A stretch of 64,000 nucleotides of DNA. Source: Paramoeba atlantica. Taxonomy: Eukaryota > Protista > Discosea. Location of the stretch: the NCBI GenBank assembly GCA_977017575.1, contig CDRNVI010000029.1, forward strand, positions 620,001-684,000. Direction: 5' to 3'. Of this stretch, positions 1-9,986 are shown in pieces. Below the pieces are notes generated by a model, which searched no databases, was not told the DNA's origin, and saw only the letters and a list, made by a program, of their open reading frames with translations. The position numbers were made by a program, and so were the translations under genes. How positions within the stretch are numbered: the first letter of the stretch is position 1; the number at the start of each line of letters is the position of its first letter.

Positions 1-28
1 AGGACGCACAAAGAACTCGAAATTCAGT

Positions 29-1708
29 ATGAAATTGATCGAAACGGCTAACTTTTCTTGTTCTTTGCCACCTGAACTAGGTGTCTTGCTGGCGGCAACG
101 CTGAAAATGCTTGATATTCGTATGCAATCTATTGACTACATCTCTCTTCTGATGTGTGTTCTGAATAATCATAATAGATTCTCCCGGATCCAAAGGACTA
201 TTCTTTACCATTGTCATACATCCGATGTGAATAACGATGGATATAGCAGCTTTCAATGTCTGGTGGAGCGCATTAGTGTACCCAAGTCAGTTATTTCTGG
301 GCATCAGCAACGATGTACTCAACTTGTTGATTCTATAGTACGTACAGTACACGAATGTCTGGTTAAATGCGGTAAAGATATAAGAAAACCAATGCGTTTA
401 GGATTTACACAGTGCCGTCACGTCACCTTAGAAGGATGGGTGAGATCTGTGCTCCACCTAGCATGTGAAGAACTCACTGACCCTTCAGCCATTTTTGATG
501 CACTTCTGACTTGGGGAGATGTCCAAAAACGGCGTATATTTGTGTTGGACGTATCGCTGCAACTTATGTCCGCACTTGCGAGGGATACCACAAATGCAAG
601 TCAAAATAGAAAATCGGAGGATGTCCTTCTTACTTTGAGAAGCAAAATAATAAGAAAATGTAGACCTTCCATACAGGCTCAGGAACTTCATTTTCACCCA
701 ATGTTTACTTCAGTTGCGTTATTCGCTGACAATTTAATGCATTATTCTTCTGGGTCGCGGTTATGGGCGCAATTTAGTGCTTTGGCAGATGCAGCTTTGT
801 CCCATCCAAAATATGAGGATGGCACTCGACTATACGTGAAATCTCAGAAATTAATGTTTCTTCAAACTGAGGATCTTAAACAAAACTTGCAACACATATT
901 ACACACTGGAATGAGAATGCGCAGTGATCAAAAAATCTCCTTCAGTGTGATGCGCGAGGCCGTTAGGTGCGCACTAGACGCATGCGCCCGCTGGGTTCCA
1001 AAAGACCTAAAGCTGAATGAACTTTCGATGAAAGCGAGGTACAAGTGGTGGACATTCAATGATTGTAGGGACATGGCCTTATCACTGTACGGCTCTGTTT
1101 CTGAGGCCAATGAAAAAATGAAAACTATATTCCTGAATAACTGTATACCCCCGGCCATGAAGGGCTCTGTTTCTTCAGAAGAAGAATTCTTCTTCGCGAA
1201 GAAAGTCGATTCATCAGTTCACAAGCCCAGTAAAGTATTACAGCGAAAAACGTCGTGCTGGTTACAGCTCCCCGATACCTACATTCCTGATCACATGACA
1301 GATCCCCATGTATACAACATGTTTCCGCGTATTAGATTACCCGCAGAATCTACCGCACAAGGCATTCATTCAGCTATTCGTCAGAACAGCATTGATGTTT
1401 TCCCACAAATATATGAGATGATAAAGGACTGTCACCTAAACCAGAATACTTGGTATTTAAACGACAAGGACACAGTAATACGACTTGTTCGTTGCCTATT
1501 ACATCGGCTTGATTTCGACGGTGCGATTGGGGTAATGCGTGCAGCTATTCGACTTCTGGGATATGGGCATAAAATGGACCGCGATATACAGAAAATCTTT
1601 TCTGAAATACACGATCCAAGTGGATCAATTTGCTTTAAGCTTGCATCAGGAATAATGGATGGAGAAGTACATCAAACTAAAACTCGTCACTATGCACCAA
1701 AAGTTTAG
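29..1708 (+). CDS. Hypothetical protein (probably the 3' part of a gene that starts before the window)
   Basis: 559-codon ORF; the same frame is also open from the window edge to the ATG; no motif recognised. Confidence 0.6.
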   Translation: MKLIETANFSCSLPPELGVLLAATLKMLDIRMQSIDYISLLMCVLNNHNRFSRIQRTILYHCHTSDVNNDGYSSFQCLVERISVPKSVISGHQQRCTQLVDSIVRTVHECLVKCGKDIRKPMRLGFTQCRHVTLEGWVRSVLHLACEELTDPSAIFDALLTWGDVQKRRIFVLDVSLQLMSALARDTTNASQNRKSEDVLLTLRSKIIRKCRPSIQAQELHFHPMFTSVALFADNLMHYSSGSRLWAQFSALADAALSHPKYEDGTRLYVKSQKLMFLQTEDLKQNLQHILHTGMRMRSDQKISFSVMREAVRCALDACARWVPKDLKLNELSMKARYKWWTFNDCRDMALSLYGSVSEANEKMKTIFLNNCIPPAMKGSVSSEEEFFFAKKVDSSVHKPSKVLQRKTSCWLQLPDTYIPDHMTDPHVYNMFPRIRLPAESTAQGIHSAIRQNSIDVFPQIYEMIKDCHLNQNTWYLNDKDTVIRLVRCLLHRLDFDGAIGVMRAAIRLLGYGHKMDRDIQKIFSEIHDPSGSICFKLASGIMDGEVHQTKTRHYAPKV

Positions 1709-1791
1709 TGATGATAATTTGCATAAAAAGAAAAAATGGATGTTTCATTCACACCATCAAAGTTGGGATACATTTAGTTTTTCTTTTTTAT

Positions 1792-1888
1792 GCTCTTCGT
1801 TAAACGCGGTGGTGGTTTTCAACGCGAAGCGGGGAGCAACCGGGAACACGGTTTAAGTTGAAAACAACCACCGCGTTTAACGAAGAGC
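1792..1888. repeat. Isolated copy of the terminal hairpin of the ~920-bp repeat family
   Basis: gctcttcgttaaacgcggtggtggttttcaac ... gttgaaaacaaccaccgcgtttaacgaagagc, ~32-bp imperfect inverted arms. Confidence 0.85.
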
Positions 1889-2575
1889 ACAAAAAACACA
1901 ATTATACCTAGGAGGTACAATAGGTGTCCCTAGGTATAATAACCCGGAGTAAAATAATAGTGGTATAAAATAATAGGGTATAATAATAGTGAGGTATTTT
2001 CGGACTGTTGTTTCCCGGATTTTTTATGATCCGAGGCCTTTATGACTCAGCGTCTGAGTGACGCTTTCCACTGCGTGGTGCGTAGTGAGGTATTTTCGGA
2101 CTGTTGTTTCCCGGAAATTCAGGAGTTTACTTTCTTTTGCGGCTCTTTTCTCGCGTTACAGCTTAACTCCTTTTAACTGAACAGCCTTGGCTTTTTCAAC
2201 TTCAGCGATGCTGCACCTTTCACGCAATTCATTAATCTTTTTCATGATATCCGCTCGTTCATTTTAACAAGATACGATCTTTTTCTACATCGGTGTGATT
2301 TTCTTTTTCAGAGAGGTACATTGTTTAGCTTTAACCCGACAAAGGTCTCGACTGTCTCTCAACTCGGCCTCAATTTTTCTTCCGTTTCCGTCGGCAAAAC
2401 GTCATGTGAAGTCGTGATGTGCTCGACAAGATTCAGTTCCACTCCTGCTGCATGAGAAGTCGTGATATGGTCAATCAGGTTCATTTGCTCTTCTGTCAAC
2501 AGGAGGAGAAGCAATCTTTCTTTTTGCATCGCACCGCCACCTGCTGCCGAATGCTGTGGCCAGACCGTGCCCGCC

Positions 2576-2637
2576 ATACAGTATTTAATTCCGGTAATAC
2601 AGTATTTAATTCCGGTAATACAGTATTTAACTCCGGT
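2576..2637. repeat. 21-bp tandem repeat x3
   Basis: atacagtatttaattccggta repeated three times. Confidence 0.9.
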
Positions 2638-2785
2638 CAGGTGGTACTGTCTGTTCGTCGGCATAGCGCACCGCACCGTCCGAGCTACCCTATTATTATT
2701 ATCATTACTCAAAGCCTTTGGAATTCTCAACAACTCAAGTTTAATTCTCGACAAAAGTCGCTTTCTCCTTTTATTATAATAGACA

Positions 2786-3707
2786 TTATTGCGGTGGTTG
2801 TAAAACTACCGCTCTACACTCGATTATTGAAAAAAAAGTGAACAAAAACAGTGAAAATATAAAGAGGAACACAGTAATATAATAGAAGAAAAAAATATAA
2901 AAGGGGGCTCCGGTGGTCCAAAACTGAAAATTTTTTTTGAAAAAAATGGGGGGTCCATGGGGGGGGTCCAGGGGGGGGGTCCAGGGGGGGGTCCAGGGGG
3001 GGGGGGCATGGTCGATCAAATTTTTTCGAAAAAATTAGTTTTCGAAAAAAAACCGCAGAAAGGGTAGCCGGGGTCTTGGCGCGCATTTTCCACCCCCCTA
3101 CCCGGGGGTGACCCCCCCGCGTATCCACAGGACGGGTCCGCCAAGTTCGGATTTTTTCGGAAAAAAAAATTTGAAAAAAATTTCAACTTGGCGAAACAAA
3201 TGACAAAAAAAATATTTTTCCAAAATCGTTTCCCCTATTGTATTTTGATAGTTTGGGACCTACACTAGCTTTCTACGCAGTTGTTTTCGCAAGGTATCAC
3301 TTCTTCGAACTGTGGTGCGCCCCCCAAAATGACCCATTTTTGACTAAAAAAGGTGAAAAAGTATTTTTCGGACCTAAAGGGGCATTTTTGTGTCGAAAGA
3401 ATGGTATGGTTGGAGTCGCATTCTCTACCCAATACGTTCGGTAGGCTTTCATTCATGCCTGCGAGTGATTTCCCACGCGCAAATGTCGGATTTAGTGCTC
3501 TGAGAGCAAAAATATGCGAAAATGACCCCATTTTTACCCGAAATTCGGCTATTTTTGGCTATAATCTTTCCGTTTTCCAGGCTAAATTTTCTTTTTTAGG
3601 CTCTTCGTTAAACGCGGCGGGAGTTTTCAACGCGAAGCGCGCAGCATGAGTGACTTCTAAGTTGAAAACAACCACCGCGTTTAACGAAGAGCCTAAAAAA
3701 GAAAATT
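2786..3707 (+). mobile_element. ~920-bp non-autonomous hairpin-ended repeat, copy 1 (Helentron/HINE-like)
   Basis: Near-identical to 3746-4660 and, inverted, to ~25953-26885. Small 5' hairpin gcggtggttgtaaaactaccgc, central (G6-9TCCA)n tract, long 3' hairpin. Confidence 0.75.
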
Positions 3708-3745
3708 AATAATTTCTATTATAAAAGGATCCCAATTATTAATAT

Positions 3746-4660
3746 TTATTGCGGTGGTTGTAAAACTACCGCTCTACACTCGATTATTGAAAAAAAAGTG
3801 AACAAAAACAGTGAAAATATAAAGGGGAACACAGTAATATAATAGAAGAAAAAAATATAAAAGGGGGCTCCGGTGGTCCAAAACTGAAAAAAAAAATTGA
3901 AAAAAATGGGGGGTCCATGGGGGGGGTCCAGGGGGGGGGTCCAGGGGGGGGGTCCAGGGGGGGGGGGCATGGTCGAGCAAATTTTTTCGAAAAAATTAGT
4001 TTTCGAAAAAAAACCGCAGAAAGGGTAGCCGGGGTCTTGGCGCGCATTTTCCACCCCCCTACCCGGGGGTGACCCCCCCGCGTATCCGCAGGACGGGTCC
4101 GCCAAGTTCGGATTTTTTCGGAAAAAATTTTTTGAAAAAAATTTCAACTTGGCAAAAAAAATGACAAAAAAAATATTTTTCCAAAATCGTTTCCCCTATT
4201 GTATTTTGATAGTTTGGGACCTACACTTGCTTTCTACGCAGTTGTTTTCGCAAGGTATCACTTGTTCGAACTGTGGTGCGCCCCCCAAAATGACCCATTT
4301 TTGACTAAAAAAGGTGAAAAAGTATTTTTCGGACCTAAAGGGGCATTTTTGTGTCGAAAGAATGGTATGCTTGGAGTCGCATTCTCTACCCAATACGTTC
4401 GGTAGGCTTTCATTCATGCCTGCGAGTGATTTCCCACGCGCAAATGTCGGATTTAGTGCTCTGAGAGCAAAAATATGCGAAAATGACCCCATTTGTACCC
4501 GAAATTCGGCTATTTTTGGCTATAATCTTTCCGTTTTCCAGGCTAAATTTTCTTTTTTAGGCTCTTCGTTAAACGCGGCGGTAGTTTTCAACGCGAAGCG
4601 CGCAGCATGAGTGACTTCTAAGTTGAAAGCAACCACCGCGTTTAACGAAGAGCCTAAAAA
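3746..4660 (+). mobile_element. ~920-bp hairpin-ended repeat, copy 2 (head-to-tail with copy 1)
   Basis: Direct repeat of 2786-3707 at a 960-bp offset. Confidence 0.75.
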
Positions 4661-4743
4661 TGTTGGCGTTGTAGTAGTTTGGAGGAGGTTAGTTTACTTG
4701 TCTGGAGGATTGTGTATTTTTTTCCCTATATTGCCTCAACTAG

Positions 4744-5473
4744 TTTACCCATCTGGAGGCAAAGCCCAACTGTGAGCGAAGCCCACATCTAGAGGCAAAA
4801 GCCCCCGTTTGCGAGCAGCTGTAGGCGTAGCCCTGGGACAGAATTATATTTTTTGGCGACCCGCGCGCTCCAGCGCGAACGAAGCGAACGACGAGATGAC
4901 GCGGGCTCATCGCATGAATTTTTTCGCAGAATTGGCTAACGGTTCCCCCGCTATCAACGGAGGATCCCGCGTGAGTCGTACCCTAGAAGACATCCGACGT
5001 TTTTGCAAGGAGGTTAGATTTTTCCGCAGCGATGAAGACAGCGATTCGGATTCTGACTAAAAGCAAACGTTATCCGTGTTAGTCCGCATGTAATGATTCG
5101 TCACAGGATATTACTTTCTCAATTCTGTGTCAGATTCAGGATAAATCATTCAGTATCCTACAGTATCCTACATTCAGTGTCCTACACTTCACTACATACG
5201 TTGACAACGCCTGCGTAGCCAAAACTACGAAATTCACTGAGCTTGGAACGGGTAAACACAGGTTCTCAGTGCGCGACCCGCGCGCTCCAGCGCGGGTCGC
5301 CAAAAAATATTATTATGTCCCAGGGCTACGCTCACAGTTGGGCCTTGCTCGCAAACGGGGGCTTTTGCCTCCAGAAGTAGGTTCGCTCACAGTTGGGCCT
5401 TGCTCGCAAACGGGGGCCTTGCTTGTGGACTTCGGCTTCGCTCGCAGTTGGGCTTTGCCTCCAGATGGGTAAA
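4744..5473. mobile_element. Foldback/MITE-like element with long modular inverted termini
   Basis: tttacccatctggaggcaaagcccaactg at the left end and its reverse complement at the right end. The same modules recur at ~11450-11555 and ~19170-19260. No TSD identified. Confidence 0.6.
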
Positions 5474-5820
5474 AGATAAATGGGGGGTAGGTGGTAGTTG
5501 TTTTGGGGAATATGAGAGGCCGAATGCGCGGAGGGGCCGGCCGGTCAAATGAGTCACGTCAAAGTGTGACGCTGAGTTCGTGGGAAGCAATTTGCGAAGC
5601 CCTAGGTGATGATCAGTTCTATTGGACGACACCGAGACAAACCACAGAAATCCCAGATACGACAAGGTCTAGATATCATAAAGAGAGAAAAAACCGGAGC
5701 TGTGGACGCGAAAAAGAATGACGGAGATATAACAATGCGATACGCGACCGATGAGTTGAATCGATGCGTGTGCTGACTCTACCTTCCACCGTCATTCACA
5801 GAAAATTAACAAAAAATGTA

Positions 5821-5925
5821 TTATGACAGATAAGGGTGCTGTAAGACAGATAAGGGTGCATTATGACAGATAAGGGTGCATTTATGACAGATAAGGGTGC
5901 GAGTTTCTATGACAGATAAGGGCGC
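5821..5925. repeat. ~18-20-bp tandem repeat x5 (tatgacagataagggtgc)
   Basis: Directly visible; lies ~170 bp beyond the LINE stop codon, so it may be the LINE 3' tail. Confidence 0.85.
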
Positions 5926-6097
5926 GGGTGCCCCCCTCTACTAACAACTTCTATTGTTTGTCGATATGTACAAATTTCTACGAAAATTATTGGCACAAAA
6001 ATTATTGATTTCTTAATTAAAAGTTGCAGAGCTTCGCCAATAATTAAAAACTCAATCCTATCCTCCTAATAGGTCGGTTAAAAACCGATTAAAGATA

Positions 6098-7228
6098 CTA
6101 CTGTTCTAATTTTCGTGAAGCCTTCTTTCTCTTGGGAGACTCCTTCCTCTTTGTTTCCACGATCTTATCAAACTCCCTATTTCCCTTGCAACTTTTTTCT
6201 TTACCGACATCAGGCCTTTTCAGGATCATAGCATTCGTTTTTTCAGACGGTTTCACTCCGGGCTCTCCAGATAGTAAGCTACCCTTTTTGGATAGAGCCC
6301 CACTTGCAGTAGTGTTATTCTTGCGTTTGGATGAAATAGTGTCAACATTCCTTCTTGGGCGCAATATGAGTGTCGCTTCTGGCGAGGATATGGGATCAGA
6401 AGAAGAAGAAGAAGGAGCTTTTGTCGTCTTCAACCTCTTTGCCTCTTGTGATTTTAACGGCCTTCGTGACGCCGAGAGAGCCAAGACATCAGCTTTGTCG
6501 TTATATTCGTTCCCATTATGAGATTTAACTTTGCACACATACAAATTAACATTCTGAGATTTTAGTTTCCGCACCTGATGATCTATATCTTGTAGAATGT
6601 TTCTGTTGACGACGCGGTCATACCCTATTACCCGTCTCCGAATGCGAACATGATGAAAGAAGTTCCACACATAGAACGAATCTGTGTGTACTACGATATC
6701 TTTTGCTCCGTCCGGTATTCTTTTAAGCGCCTCTCGAAAAGATTCAGCCTCAGCTTGCTCGGCACTATCAACATCTAGTGTTAAGGAAAAACATTTATCG
6801 GTTGTCCATCGTTGAAGCACAACAATTCCAGCACCTGCTCTGATCTCGTTTGTCACCCGCAAGGCACGGACTGAACCATCAATATAGAAGTGAACCTCAT
6901 CATCTTTTACTGGAAAAGGATCAGAACTTTCTTCGACAAATTGCAAATCGTAAGGCGTATCTTGCTTCAAGGCGTGGGCATGCTTACTTTTCCATCTAGG
7001 AGAAGAGAGTCTTTCGTAATCCGGAAGCAGTTCGAGTGCTACCTTTAAATCTTCACATAACTTTTTCCAGTGATCTCGATCCTGAGCGTATACGAGGGCT
7101 TGTTCTTCGGTAATGTCCAGATCGTGAAAGCAAGCTTCGCTTGGTGAGAGATTTCGTTTCCTATCGCTGCATTTCCATTGGATAAGATCTCGAAACATGA
7201 ATGAGTGCCTGAGAATGTGACCAACATG
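6098..7228 (-). pseudogene. C-terminal part of the LINE ORF: GHILR/AQDRxxW region plus RNase HI domain
   Basis: Codons upstream of the annotated ATG (7198) read HVGHILRHSF in frame, followed by AQDRDHW and a complete RNase H. Confidence 0.85.
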
Positions 7229-7844
7229 ATATCATACGCTCGTGGAGCAGAGATACGTCTCTCTGTGTGACGGCCGATACCATCGGCGCATGACCCGCAT
7301 ACGACGGGTGTCACACAGAGAGTGGAGTGCGAGGTAGGAGACGAGTCGCCCATCGGTCATGCTACAGCACGTATAGCCATGGTTCATGCTGCAACACGGT
7401 CAAGCCGTGGGTTCATGCTGTCAGATGGTCTATCGTGGATCATGATGCATCATGGGGAGGTCCGTTACCGCCGCACTCGCTACAGCATGTAGGGAGAGAG
7501 GGGTGCAAGTTCGCATCCCCTATACACGCATACAACGTGTCCTCCCGCCGTAGCACGCCCAGTGGTCCTCAAGGGAGGCCACCATGGCGCATAGCTCCCG
7601 GGAGAAGAAAGCACGAGAAGGAGAGAGCCGGGGAGGGAAGAAAGCTCACTCGAAGAGAGCGAGCCGGGGAGGGGTGAAGAGTGCGAAGTGCGTCCCCTAC
7701 TTCCGCGAGAAAGAGGGACAGTTCCAGCTAGCCGTCAGCCGGAAACGGGCATTTAAAAGTAAGAATATGCCCGTTTCCGGGAAAAGAAAGGAAGGGCTAG
7801 CAAAATGTACCAACAAGGTACAGAAACTGTATCTTTATCTTTAT
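7229..7844 (-). mobile_element. 616-bp insertion headed by an SL-RNA-like sequence
   Basis: Removing it rejoins VSRAK|HVGHILR, matching the RTE RLRWxGHVxR motif in register. No TSD. Segment 7561-7800 is homologous to the reverse complement of ~19340-19588. Confidence 0.75.
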
Positions 7845-9080
7845 TTTAGCCCGACTAACGCGATGTACGGTGGAGAAACGAGGAGTGCCGCAATAAAGTG
7901 ACTCGATAGGGTAGTAGTGTCCAAACTCGTCCAGTTTAGCACAATTACAGCAAAATCTTCGCATCATATTGAGCTCAACTTCTGTTTGCCGAAGCATTTT
8001 GTTGGATATGGAAAGCGAAGCGGCACCAAAGGTCATGATTGGATAAACGAGGCAATTAAACAAACGCAGTTTTGTTGATGCACTCAGTGGCGAGTCCCAA
8101 ATGCCCTTGAGCTTCCGAAATGCGGCCCAGGTGAGCCTTAAGCGGTCTTTTACTGGCGAAGAAACTCCTGAATCCTGAATGTTTCCCAGATAGCGGTAAG
8201 AGTCAACAAGAGGAATTTTTCCCATTTGGCCCGCCCGAAGATCACGAGTCCCTCCTGGAACCTTACCGAAGGCCATCTAGGCAGTTTTGGTAGGCCCTAC
8301 GGCGATTCTAAGATTAGCCTGCTTAGACTCATCCGATGTTGCTTCTATCATCCGGGATAGATCCCCCTTCGTCGTGGCGAGAAGAGCAATGTCATCTGCA
8401 TAATTAATGTCCGTGAGCCGAGTCTCCTGAAGACCCCTGCTTTTAGTTCCCTTGCTCTTCAGAAGAACACCGAAAGGTTTATTATCCAGAGCGCGATGAA
8501 GAATACGATCCACCACGAGAACGAATAGATACGGGGCTAAAACATCTCCTTGAAGAATACCCGTATGGATTGAAAATGATGCCGTGTCTCCAAACGGTGT
8601 TCGAACGATCCCTCGCAGCCCACTGTAGAGCGACATTATCATGCGAATTAAGTTTTTCCCTACGCGAAAAGCTACCAGCGCACCATGTAAGGCATTGAAA
8701 GAAACAGATGGAAACGCCTTCGCAAAGTCAAGGAACGCGACTGCAACTCCAGACTTATCCCTGCACGCCCTAACCTTCGTCTCGTTAAGGAAAATCTGCG
8801 CCCCTGCAGTGGAGCGTTCAGGGCGAAACCCAAATTGGCTATCACGGAGTATCGGTTCAATCGAGGGGCGAATCCGCTGCAGTATCATGCAGTTCATGAG
8901 CTTTACAATACTATTGACTAGGCAAATAGGGCGCCAGTTCGCGATTTGTGATAAATCACCCTTTTTTGGTATACACTGTAGGTACCTGTAGGATAAATTT
9001 CCAGCAATCAGGTGAAACACCCGTTTCATGTACGCTGTTGATAATATTGAGAAGGGTTCGTCTAAGCTCATCGTGCTCAA
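7797..9080 (-). pseudogene. Reverse transcriptase domain of the LINE (two ORF pieces separated by a nonsense codon)
   Basis: ORFs 8277..9080 and 7797..8276 are in the same frame, joined by TAG; YADD catalytic motif present. Confidence 0.9.
7801..7849 (-). ncRNA. Spliced-leader (mini-exon) RNA-like sequence: 39-nt exon, GT donor, Sm-like AUUUUG
   Basis: CTAAAATAAAGATAAAGATACAGTTTCTGTACCTTGTTG|GTACATTTTG. Contains the kinetoplastid SL core ATACAGTTTCTGTAC..TTG|GTA and the hairpin GTACC-TTGTT-GGTAC spanning the splice site. Confidence 0.75.
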
Positions 9081-9986
9081 CCATGATTATGAGCACTTCC
9101 GCTGGTATTTGATCCATTCCCGGGGCTTTGTTGCGGGCCAGTCTCTGTACACAAGATGTAAGCTCTTCTTCACTGAACGGTGAGTCATTTACTTCAATCG
9201 ACGAATGAGGAGCATCATCGAATTTGATTGTCGAATTTCCGCGATCGCCGTCACCCATTCTGGCGAAAAAGTCTCGTACAATTTTTAACGTTTCTCGTGT
9301 CGAGGAAGTGTCGATACTGAACGCTTTCCTGTATAATCCACAAATTCGTCGTAGTGTACGCCATGGATTGGATCTGTTACTACGAAGTCCAGATTCAATT
9401 TCATTACATTCTCGTGATATTTCGTCCTCTATTTCGTGCCTATGAGTCTGAATCATTTTCTCGAAATGTTGTGGTTTACTACTTTGTAGAAAAAGATCTC
9501 GTACGCTCCTAGGCAGAGCTTGTTCGTCGTCTGGTTTGTTTTCGTGGCCCTGCTCTGTGTCCACCTCTTTTGCGTCTTCCGTTCTCATTCGTGAAATTGA
9601 TTTGCATGTGCTTATCATCGCATCGGATGAGTTATCCCACGTTATAGATGATTCCTTTTCAGTAATCTCCCAACCCTTTTGTCTAAACATCAGCCTCCGT
9701 TTCTCATCCCTCAATTGGGCCCAAGGAACCCTTTCTGGCCCTTTTCGTCCTCCAGAGCGCCACTTGATATGAACATTTGCCAAGACAAGGCAATGCGTTG
9801 TAGGAATGGGTGCTTTAAGAACTTTATGAGCACAAACGCTTGAAGAAAACCGATCGCTAACTAAAATATGATCGAGCTGCCTCTTGATTCGGTTTCCTTT
9901 GTTCTTCATTCGCATTTGTTGAAGCGTAGTGCTACTAGTTGAGGTTTTATCTTCATTTTCTGTCTTCTTTTGTTGTGCATTTTCAT

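Noticed and set aside
2786-4610. Pro- and Phe-rich ORFs in the ~920-bp repeats
   Set aside because: They arise from G/C and A/T homopolymer tracts and are open in several frames.
7259-7322. Hammerhead ribozyme
   Set aside because: It is a three-way junction but has no CUGAnGA/GAAA core on either strand.
7229-7810. Insertion acting as a cis-intron that restores the LINE ORF
   Set aside because: Splicing from the SL GT to any AG in the insertion leaves a TGA (7232-7234) in the RNase H frame; no AG lies after that stop.
7584-7901. Protein-coding role for the shared structured block (ORFs 7584-7901 and 19462-19776)
   Set aside because: The frames are not jointly conserved; the similarity follows DNA homology and the covariation fits base pairing.
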